Source: Octopus vulgaris (taxonomy: Eukaryota). Taken from it: a DNA stretch of 64,000 nt. The translations under genes and the position numbers were made by a program. The notes beneath the pieces were generated by a model, which was given only the letters and a program-made list of their open reading frames with translations, was not told the DNA's origin and searched no databases. Shown piece by piece: positions 54,475 to 64,000 of this stretch. The stretch covers positions 41,106,001 through 41,170,000 of the forward strand of contig OX597838.1 of the NCBI GenBank assembly GCA_951406725.2, read 5' to 3'. Within the stretch, counting starts at the first letter, position 1, and each line of letters starts with the position of its first letter.

Positions 54475-54864
54475 GTATGGTCTTTTATGACATGGATGTT
54501 TTTCTTTGTTTTTATGTTTTCGATTGTGGGGATTCAGAGAAGTGCTGTCCTTCAGTAGATTGTTTTTGGGTGAAAAGGGAAAAAATCTGTGGCTTGTTCA
54601 CTGGTAACATGTAGTTTAAAAAAAAGTGCTTCTTACAAGATATGAATTCATTGCAAGCACTTTGATGTTATTGGCAGGAATAAATGTGTATGTATGTGTG
54701 TATATAGTATTATACGACAGGAGCAGTATTAATACTAAAAGGTTGTATTTATCTCCCACTAAAAGTGGGTGTTGTGTTAGAACACAGGATACTGCATTAT
54801 TTACCATGAGAAAACCTCCCAAATGGACTTATGGTACATACAAGCACTCCTATTTTTCCTGTTT

Positions 54865-54907
<43 letters not shown>

Positions 54908-54908
<1 letters not shown>

Positions 54909-55947
54909 CATCATCATCGTTTAGCGTCAGCTTTCCATGCTGGCATGGGTTGGATGGTTCAACTGGGGTCTGGGAAACCAGAAGGCTGCATCAGGCCCAG
55001 TCTGATCTGGCAATGTTTCTACGACTGGATGCCCTTCCTAACGCCAACCACTCCATGAGTGTAGTGGGTGCTTTTTACGTGCCACCGGCACGGAGGCCAG
55101 GTGAGGCTGGCAACGACCACGATTGGATGGTGCTTTTTACGTGCCACCGGCACGGAGGCCAGGCAAGGCTGGCAAAGGCCACGATCAGATGGTGCTCTTT
55201 ACGTGCCACCGGCACGGAGGCCAGGCTAGGCTGGCAACAGCCACGATTGGATGGTGCTTTTTACGTGCCACTGGCACGGAGGCTAGTCGGGGCGGTGCTG
55301 GCAACGGCCACGTTCGGATGGTTCTCTTATGTGCCACCGGCACTGGTATCACAGCTACAATTTCCATTGATGTTGATGGATTTTGATTGTCACTTGCTTC
55401 AATAGGTCTTCACAAGTAGTTTTGTGTCCCAAGAAGGAAAGGTATGCATAAGTGGACTGAGGCCACGGGTTATGGCCTCACTTGTCCTGCCGGGTCTTCT
55501 CATGCACAGCATACTTCCAAAGGTCTCGGTCTCTAGTCATTTCCTCGGTGAGACCTAAAGTTTGAAGGTCGTGCTTCACCACCTTGTCCCAAGTTTTCCT
55601 GGGTCTACCTCTTCCACAGGTTTTCTCAACCGCTAGGGTGTGGCACTTTTTCACACAACTATCTTCATCCATTCTTGCCACATGACCATACCAGCGCAAA
55701 CGTCTCTCTTGCACACCACAACTGATGCTTCTTAGGTCCAACTTTTCTCTCAAGGTACTTACACTCTGTCGAGTATGAACACTGACATTACACATCCATC
55801 GGAGCATACTGGCTTCATTTCTTGCGAGCTTACGCATATCCTGCCAGGGACAAAAGGCCTCTCGCTCAGAGTAAAAGGCAGACTGTATGACGCATGTGTA
55901 CAAACAGCCATGCTACATGGCAGTGAAACATGGGCCGTGACTGCTGA

Positions 55948-55953
<6 letters not shown>
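54908..55953 (-). mobile_element. RTE-type LINE 3' fragment (ORF2 C-terminus, VNTR-bearing 3'UTR, (GAT)n tail) with inverted 5' segment
   Basis: RRLRWYGHVARM...GRGRPRKTW on the - strand. KGRLYDACVQTAMLHGSETWAV on the + strand at about 55845-55953. Confidence 0.9.
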
Positions 55954-55998
<45 letters not shown>

Positions 55999-56354
55999 CC
56001 GGCATGACTGCTGTGTGGTCAAGAAGCTTGATTTGCAACCATCTGCTTTTGGATTTAGCTCCACTGTGTGACACTTTGTGTAACTTTTCTATCAGTTTCA
56101 TGGCATAGCCTTCACACACATTGGTTTATGCTTATGCTCACTTGCCAGTGTCCACACTCATTGGCCAGCACCTGTTACTTTTACACACTGATTATTTGAA
56201 ATGAATAGAATCGAGCTTGTATAAATTTGCATTTAAAATTATAAATTATAAATTTGCAGTAAAATTACGAACTGTTAATTTGTGAGTGGAACAGTCGCAT
56301 AATACCACACAGACGTTTAATTTTCTTTTGTTTCATCTTTTTTCTCTCTTACAG

Positions 56355-56385
56355 CGAGACATGAATCCACGAAGAATAAATACCC
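56355..56385 (+). CDS. EIF4ENIF1: 4E-T 31-nt microexon: RDMNPRRINT+C
   Basis: Strong pyrimidine tract plus acag|, donor |gtaagt. Bridges phase 0 (end of exon 5) to phase 1 (start of exon 7). Confidence 0.82.
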
Positions 56386-57249
56386 GTAAGTTTTATAATC
56401 ATTTTCTTTAATGCACTTCATGTTATTCATATTAGATGCAATTGATTTCAGATTTAGTCCCATATCAACCTTATTAGAACTCCAGCCTTCCTTTTAGAAA
56501 TATTTGTTTCATGATTTAATGCGTCTGCATTATAAAGACGATGGAAAGCTGTGAATTTAAGGTTTTTGCTGCCACTTTTAGTATGTCAAGAGACCATGAA
56601 GAGATTCTTTTGTTGGTGTGTCAGCTGACTACTTAATTCAGTGCTTGTTAGCAGTAAGAATAGCAGATTTTACTGGAAAAACAAATCCCTAAAATGACTC
56701 TCAAACCATCCTGTCTCAACTCGGCCATGCTATCATGGTTGGATGTAGCAAAGTAAAATTTCATTTTAAGTATTACAACATCCTTTAGCTGAACTCCATT
56801 GTTAATGTGGAATAAGGACTTTATTTTGCTGGTTGGTGCTTTCAAATTGCTTCACTAGTTAGTTGTCATGTGTAAGAAAAAGCAATTCAGTCTAGATTCA
56901 GCTTTTTAGATTAACTTTGTTGGGTAGGGGTGGGAAACCAGATTTGGCTGGTTTGATGAACATAAGACAAAGAGTCAGATATGGTGGCCAGTTTAAGTGC
57001 TAAAAGGTTAATGTAATTAGAATAGTCTTAAAATGTAGAAATTCAAATAAATACCAGTAGAGGTGCTTATTCCAAAACTCATCTTTTTTTGTATTACATT
57101 GCTAGAATTTTTCTTTTAATTATATTTAATTATATAGAACTTCCAACATAAAATGGTTTCACAGTTTCCATATAGGGTGTAGAAACAAGGAATTAAGTTT
57201 GATAGCCCAAGAATTTTGATACATAATATAGTGCCTAGTTAAAATATTC

Positions 57250-57596
57250 GAGTGGCTGTGTGGTAAGTAGCTTGCTTACCAACCACATGGTTCCGGGTTC
57301 GGTCCCACTGCGTGGCACCTTGGGCAAGTGTCTTCTACTATAGCCTCGGGCCGACCAAAGCCTTGTGAGTGGATTTGGTAGACGGAAACTGAAAGAAGTC
57401 CGTCGTATATATATATATATATATAGGTGTTTGTGTGTCTGTGTTTGTCCCCGTTACTTAGCGGTTCGGCAAAAGAGACTGATGGAATAAGTACTGGGCT
57501 TACAAAAGAATAAATCCCGGGGTCGAGTTGCTCGATTAAAGGCAGTGCTCCAGCATGGCCGCAGTCAAATGACTGAAACAAGTAAAAGAGTAAAGA
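57250..57596 (+). mobile_element. SINE family A with internal deletion, about 130 bp upstream of the CHD exon
   Basis: Matches consensus. The deletion joins two GTCCCC microhomologies. Confidence 0.85.
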
Positions 57597-57726
57597 CTAT
57601 ATAACTCTTATATAAAAATCTTGCAAACCAAATCCCAAAACGAAATAATTTTCTCTGAACTATTTTTGTAATGGGTTTTATAATTATCTATCATCCCCTT
57701 TTATTTCGTTTTATCCCTTATTGCAG

Positions 57727-57930
57727 CCAACCGACGACGAAATATTCGTCGGCATGAAGATGACCCTGCTCCAGAGTGGTTCACGGATGGACCAAATAGC
57801 AAAACAGATACCATCGAGCTACGTGGTTTTGAAACCACTGGAGAGCAGGCAGAAGAGGACATGGACGAGGTCAACATGCCTGTTGTAAACAGGAAGGAGT
57901 ATCTCTCGCACATCAATGAAGAGGACATTG
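57727..57930 (+). CDS. EIF4ENIF1: 4E-T coding exon 7: (P)NRRRNIRRHEDDPAPEWFTDGPNSKTDTIELRGFE...EEDI (Cup homology domain)
   Basis: ttgcag| and |gtagga, phase 1 to 1. Matches human EEPEWFSAGPTSQSETIELTGFD, the DDX6-binding CHD. Confidence 0.95.
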
Positions 57931-58169
57931 GTAGGATTTTGGTTGTATTTTCATTGTTTTACTGTCATTCCAGCTGTAATTTTTACCTTTTTTTTCTTTT
58001 TCTATCTGATTTTTTCTAGGATTACTTTGTCTATTCTAGCCTAGTGGTTAGGGTGCGGTTGTATGGTTGTGGTTTTGATTTCTGGACTAGGTAGTGTATT
58101 GTGGTCCTGAGAAACACCTTTTCACGTTTCCAGTCTACTAAGCTCTGATTATGAGCATTAACTGAGAAG

Positions 58170-58500
58170 TTAACTTCTTACAGCATCCACCCGGGGTGGG
58201 TTGAGCTGGCTTCATTCATCCTCAATGCTGCATCTCTCACAAACGCCGACCAGGCCTGGCGATTTGAGGCTAACGACTGCGTGATCTCTAACCACTGCTT
58301 ATTCCAGTGGCGAACGCCGTAGATATGGGGGCCTAGGTTGGGTTCCAGATCAGCCATGACCGTCATCAGCCAGGTTTTTCGTTGTCCACCATGACACTTT
58401 CGCCAGCCCTGAAGGGGAGCTGGGGCAATTGCCTCGTAGATGAATTCTCCTGGCTGACGATGGATAAGTTGTCGGAGGGAGGATCCTTCCTTCAAATATT
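58170..58500 (-). mobile_element. Fragment of a different RTE-clade LINE ORF2 C-terminus
   Basis: GGQRKTW...LASNRQAWSAFVRD resembles RTE ORF2 ends. Confidence 0.7.
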
Positions 58501-58842
58501 CCTCTGGGAAGTTAACCCTGGTGTTCTGTTCATGGGGTATGTTGTAATCTCAGTTACTTCAACCAGGTTAAGCTCCAACCTTGAGTCATATGGCTCTTGA
58601 CAGACATGACCAGGTCCAGTGATTGTATTACGGCTGTGTTACAGCACACAGCCCACACAGACTGCAAGGGGTTTTAGTCAGTTATATTGACCCAATATTT
58701 TGTCAGGTACTTTGTCAACTTCAGACAAGGACAAAAGGCAGTCAACCAAGCATAAGAGGAGATAGTCTATATGTTAGTCAATATTGCCTTTCACATCATC
58801 AAGCAACACAAACCAACAGAATTTTACATAGTTTTTGTAGTA

Positions 58843-59046
58843 TCATCATCGTCATCATCATCATCATTTAGCGTCTGCTTTCCATGCTAGCATGGGTTGG
58901 ACGGTTCAACTGGGGTCTGTGAAGCTGGAAGGCTTCGTCAGGCCCAGTCAGATCTGGCAGTGTTTCTACGGCTGGATGCCCTTCCTAATGCCAACCACTC
59001 CGTGAGTGTAGTGGGTGCTTTTTACGTGCCACCCGCACAGGTGCCA
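58843..59046 (-). mobile_element. RTE 3' end fragment; shorter or older copies at about 2468, 16690, 22068, 43020, 50040, 61988
   Basis: (CAT)n plus GGCTGGATGCCCTTCCTAA motif. Confidence 0.8.
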
Positions 59047-59391
59047 GACAGAGTATATGAAAATATATTAGTTAGTACATTGTTTATTAGAGAACTGGGA
59101 CGTAGCTCTGAGTAATTGTAAATCATGTTTATAATTGATATACACCAATTTGAGGTAGTGGACCTGTAGCTGTTTTTTATTATTTTTTTTTTTTGTGGTC
59201 TGTGTATCTGGTGCTTTCTTGGCAATTATATTGCCAATTACTCTACAGAGGACATGCCATTCCATCTTTCTCAAATTTGTTGCAATTAGTTAAATCTCTG
59301 TAGGTCCAAAGTTTTTAAAATTTTGAATGAAATTGCACATTTTATTACAGTGTATTGAATGGATTTTTTTCTCTTTTTCTCTCTCTCTTAG

Positions 59392-59558
59392 CTAACATCA
59401 GTGTGTCTGAGAGAAATGGCAGCTTGGAAACTAATGAATCCAGTTCTCCTGAGGATTCTCCACCCTCAGACAATGTCCATGGCACACCACCTCAAACATC
59501 GCCTTTCTTTGATCTTGATGAATTCTTCAAAATCAATATACCAATACTTGGGATGATG
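59392..59558 (+). CDS. EIF4ENIF1: 4E-T coding exon 8: (A)NISVSERNGSLE...SPFFDLDEFFKINIPILGMM; gene continues beyond window
   Basis: Pyrimidine tract plus ttag|, donor ATG|gtaagt, phase 1 to 0. FDLDEFF resembles human FDFNEFF. Confidence 0.9.
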
Positions 59559-60222
59559 GTAAGTTCAGTTTGGTTGTACCTTTGAATCATTTTCTAAAAT
59601 ACCTTTGAAGTTGTTGTTTGTGCTCAAGTCATCCCTGATTGAGGAAGACACTTTGATCCAGTGTTCCGGCTGTGACTAATGTTTTTTGAATATCAAAAAA
59701 ACATTATGTATCCTCTTTAAAGATTGAAGGGGTGATTTTAGGGAGATTTATATTACTAGTAGGCTGAGTGAGCACATAGCCCCTCCAATGCTTCATGTAT
59801 GAAGGGTTTTGAGATAAGTTGTGATCAGGATACCCTCACTTTAAATTGGTTTATTCTTATAACCTGGCTGATTAGATGATTGCTGTCAGACATGGGGAAT
59901 GACAGTAACTGACTAGATTCAGCATATTAAGTATATTTTCTATAGTCTGTAGTGTTAATTTGGTATTTTTCTCCATTTCAAATCTGGTTTATGGGTTTAT
60001 TTGACCTTTAAGCTGGTTTCTTAAACATGAGAAATCTAATCATTGTTGTATTTTTTTAATTAAAAAATTGTTAAGAATTAGGACTTGAAAGATTTTGGTC
60101 TTTAGTTTTTAAAGTAGTTAAATTTTGTCTGAACCAATATTTGGCAAGCATATAAATCAGATGTTATAACCTGGATACTTCCACATCCTGTTACAGGACA
60201 AGCACCACTCAACTATATAGAT

Positions 60223-60423
60223 CAGTGGTTTTCAACCAGGGTTCCGCCAGTACAGTCCAGGGGTTCCGCAAGAAGTTACAAAACTGCTAAAATCGGCAGT
60301 AATTTTTAATTTTCCTGTTCAGATATGTGTGCATAAGACTATTAAATTATTGCACAGGGGTTCCTCGAGCCAGTGGAATGTTTCCTTGGGGTTCTGCTCC
60401 AGCAAAAAGTTTGAAAAGCACTG
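60223..60423. mobile_element. hAT-type MITE
   Basis: CAGTGGTTTTCAA...TTGAAAAGCACTG TIRs and 8-bp TSD ATATAGAT (60215, 60424). Confidence 0.85.
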
Positions 60424-60450
60424 ATATAGATATTATTGGCAGATACAACA

Positions 60451-60634
60451 TTAACTCTTTTGCATTCAGAGCCCTCTGTCTAAAATGTAATGTTTGTTTA
60501 TTTACATTGTTTTGAAATGTCAGTTTAGACAGACGTTGTAGGGTAGTTATAAGAGGCCTGATGTGATCAGTTGTAACATTAAACCTGTAGAATATTTTAG
60601 CCAGATATGGCTGGTTTAAATGCTAAAAGGTTAA
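60451..60634. mobile_element. piggyBac-type MITE family G (older); other copies at about 2129, 23146, 23740, 24225, 30965, 36418, 46674, 46880, 47985, 54105, 61815
   Basis: TTAACyCTTT.GCATT...AATGCTAAArGGTTAA termini and shared internal GGCCAGATCTGGCC-type motifs. Confidence 0.7.
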
Positions 60635-61349
60635 ACGGGAGCAAAATTGCGAGATGCATCTTGGCTGTGGTTGCTTGAAGATGTTAAGTAGATTGAAGTG
60701 TACTTGTTTTCTCAATGCTTTTTCTTTCTTTTTCCTTTTTTTTTTTTTATTATATAGTATTGAATGGGAGGAGATGTTTATGCTTATCTGAGGCCATGGG
60801 TCTGGACTCAAGCTAACCTAAGTTATTAGCTAGTTGGTAAAACTTGATTAGAATGCTGTATATAATTACAGCCCTGCTAAACAAGTATGTTATGTGTTGA
60901 GTCCTTGTCTCACCTTTATGTGCCATTTTTGACCCGTTTTTGTCACTAATCACTTTACTGAGTTGGATTCATCTTGCCACTAGCATTAAAGATGTTGTCC
61001 CATGGAAGGATTAGAGACCTCTTTAACCTATATCAGTGTTTATGTGGTTGTAGCTATTTCTTGTTAGTCACATGTTATGTTGGTGTAGATGGGGGTGGGG
61101 AAATGCTGATCTAATGTGGCTTGGTATAAAGGTCATTTGTTTTATATGGAGAGGGAGGGGTTGCACGTGTGGGAATGAGACTCTGTCTCCCTAGCTTTAA
61201 TTTAGAGGGACATACTGAGAAGTTGTCGAAGTTGCAGGAACGTGATGTTTGCTGCACATACCATTCCCTAAATGGCCTGTGATATATGATCGCAGCATGC
61301 ACTGTTTTGATACTGATTCTCCTTAGACTGCCCTTAGTTCTATATCGAA

Positions 61350-61735
61350 CTAGCAGTATCGCCCGGCGTTGCTCGGGTTTGTAAGGGAAATAACTATATA
61401 AGCATTTTTAGAGAGTTATAGCCAAAAAAATGCATTAAAAATGGGAAAAAAATTATGGTAAATTTTTTTTTAAATCGTTGACTCATCGTAGACATTTTTA
61501 GAGAGTTACTTCCCTTATATAATAGCGAAAAACATGCATTAAAATGGAAAAAATGGTGGTAAATTTTTTTTAAATCGTAGACTCATCGTAGACGCGCGCT
61601 AATACCCAGAAGGGCTAGATATGAATCACGACTATAAGATACCCGTTTTGGTTAAACTGCACCGCAAAATGTGGGAGTAGTTAGGAATCTAAATCGTAGG
61701 AGACAGACACACAACTTCACTTTTATATATAAAGA
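61350..61735 (-). mobile_element. Second copy of the same Helitron
   Basis: Near-identical reverse complement of 25174-25558 with the same termini. Confidence 0.85.
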
Positions 61736-62313
61736 TTTTAAAGTGACCTAAACCAGAAAAGTAAAAAATAACCCCATCAAAATTTCATGTTAATTTGTCC
61801 CAAACACCTTCACTCTTTAGGCATTCAGATTATTCTGTCAAATATGATATTTATTCGCAATGTTTTGATTGAATCATGCCTTGTAGCTTTGAGATTTTGA
61901 TAGGGGGATTGGTATGTTTTTTTTTTTCCAACAATAATGTAGAATACATGCAAGAGGCTGGGTCATGTTGAGTCTTTGAGTTGGATATCATCATCTTGCA
62001 TCCATTTTCTGTGCTGACGTGGGTTGGATGGTGTGACAGGGCCTGGCAAGACCAGGTGCCACACCAGGCTCAATAGTCCATTTTGGACTGGTTTCTACAT
62101 CCGGATGCCCTTAATGCCAACCACTTTACTGTGTACCGAGTGCTTTTCATGTGGCACCAGTCCTTTTTATGTGGCTTCTTTAAATGCTAATGGGTTAATG
62201 AGTTATACTGAATTACTTTGAAAATTAATTGAAACAAAGACAGTGTATTTGAACAGAAATATTGTAATAAAGTAGTTAAAAAACAAACATAAAACAAAAA
62301 ACAAACAAACATA

Positions 62314-62712
62314 GGCGCAGGAGTGGCTGTGTGGTAAGTAGCTTGCTTACCAACCACATGGTTCCGGGTTCAGTCCCACTGCGTGGCACATTGGGCAAGT
62401 GTCTTCTGCTATAGCCTCGGGCCCACCAAAGCCTTGTGAGTGGATTTGGTAGACGGAAACTGAAAGAAGCCTGTCGTATATATATATATGTGTGTGTATA
62501 TGTTTGTGTGTCTGTGTTTGTCCCTCTAGCATTGCTTGACAACCGATGCTGGTGTGTTTACGTCCTCGTCACTTAGCGATTCGGCAAAAGAGACCAATAG
62601 AATAAGTACTGGGCTTACAAAGAATAAGTTCCGGGGTCGATTTGCTCGACTAAAGGTGGTACTCCAGCATGGCCGCGGTCAAAATGACAAACAAGTGAAA
62701 GAGTAAAAGAGT
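62314..62712 (+). mobile_element. SINE family A
   Basis: Full-length copy. Confidence 0.85.
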
Positions 62713-63004
62713 ATAGAAATCATGCCAAGATGAAATGTCTGAGCAATCTGTAATCCCCAACCCATTTAGTGTAGCAATGAGAAATGGATTGGACTGTGCT
62801 GTCTGGTATGAAAAGCAAGTGTAAAATGATGAATACTGGCACAAAAAAATATGCATCCAGTCTATGCTGTAAAGTGGTTGGCATGAGGAAGAGTACCCCA
62901 GCTGTAGAAATCATGTCAAAGCAGACACTGGAGCTAGATGCAGTCTTGGGACACATCAAATCCTGTTAAACTGTACAGCTCATGCCAGCATGAAACAGGA
63001 TCAT

Positions 63005-63074
<70 letters not shown>

Positions 63075-63329
63075 ACACACAATACATATACATACATGCA
63101 CACACATACTTCAAACTAGCAATACCTCTCACTGACCATTCTTCCTCATGGGTAGACACAAGAGCCACTCCTAATTCCTTCTTCCTTGACCTTAAACAAT
63201 ATTAAGCCCTACCACACACATAGATTAACAGCCACAACCACACACACACACGTGTTATCATTGCACACATACACACACACATGCACACGCAGACCTGCAC
63301 GCATGCACATATCCACATTTACACACACA

Positions 63330-63610
63330 TACCTCCTCTTGCACTCTCCTGTCTTTGAAAGAACTTTTCTTCACCCATTCCCTTCCGGTCATGCAAAATG
63401 TGACCGCGTGTGTACCGTTGGCGATTTTTTTTTTTTCTTCTCCGTCTTCCTTTCTCTGGATCTTTCCTTTCCCTATGTTTCTGATGAAGAGCTCTGCTCG
63501 AAATGTTAAACCCTCCTTTTTCCCTTCCTTCTTGAGCGTCCAATAATACTAGATTTGTTCTATGTCCTTGCGTTGTTGTTTTCTCTTTGTGTTTTCATGT
63601 TTGGATTAAC
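63330..63610 (+). mobile_element. Probable Penelope-like element terminal repeat with degenerate hammerhead core
   Basis: CTGATGA-A-GAGC/TCT/GCTC-GAAA at 63481-63503. Confidence 0.45.
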
Positions 63611-63612
63611 TT

Positions 63613-63663
<51 letters not shown>

Positions 63664-63676
63664 AAATGTAATATGT

Positions 63677-63785
63677 GACAATTATCGGTAGCCATGATAA
63701 AACTCCATGTTTTTCCGATGGCGGCGTGGATTTCCACCTCGGCATCCGGAACTCAGAGTTTTATCATGGCTACCGAATAATTGTC
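63677..63785. repeat. About 110-bp imperfect palindrome/hairpin
   Basis: GACAATTATCGGTAGCCATGATAAAACTC pairs with GAGTTTTATCATGGCTACCGAATAATTGTC. Inner hairpin GTGGA-TT-TCCAC. Confidence 0.85.
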
Positions 63786-64000
63786 CCTCATTAAATAATT
63801 TGGGAAAACAAATTTCCATATCATTCAGGTGTAACCCTTCAGTGTTATATGCATCTACATATCGTACTTTGGGGTCTTATTTATCATATATTTATCTATA
63901 AATATACAGGGGTGTAACCAGCCCACCTGTGCGTACCTTTTCCTTCTTTGAACACTGATCTCTGCTTGCGAAGACCTGTTGAGGCAAGTAAAACCGAAAT

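Noticed and set aside
54626-55405. 259-aa ORF, and 44218-44839 ORFs
   Set aside because: Antisense read-through of the RTE 3'UTR tandem repeat.

Overview
AT-rich, repeat-dense eukaryotic DNA. Its SINE and microsatellite landscape points to an octopus (coleoid cephalopod) genome, which is an inference. The only host gene I can support is the 5' part of EIF4ENIF1 (4E-T, eIF4E transporter) on the + strand. Eight GT-AG coding exons (27925-28005, 36176-36249, 50857-51002, 52358-52496, 54351-54474, 56355-56385, 57727-57930, 59392-59558) splice in matching phases into 322 uninterrupted codons. These carry the YxxxxLL eIF4E-binding motif, DGVWDPEKW, VLSPQRRSFGxGC, RRIGSGRI, the Cup-homology/DDX6-binding PEWF..IELxGF motif and FDLDEFF. 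The gene continues past the window. Candidate promoter and 5'UTR exons lie at about 5.5-9 kb, with a second promoter-like island at about 40 kb inside an intron. The rest is intron filled with several tRNA-derived SINE families, RTE-type LINE 3' ends (one with a twin-priming-type inversion), piggyBac-, hAT- and Helitron-type non-autonomous elements, an unclassified MITE with 6-bp TSDs, and micro/minisatellites. Almost all ORFs in the supplied track are spurious. Repeat boundaries are approximate unless TSDs are quoted.
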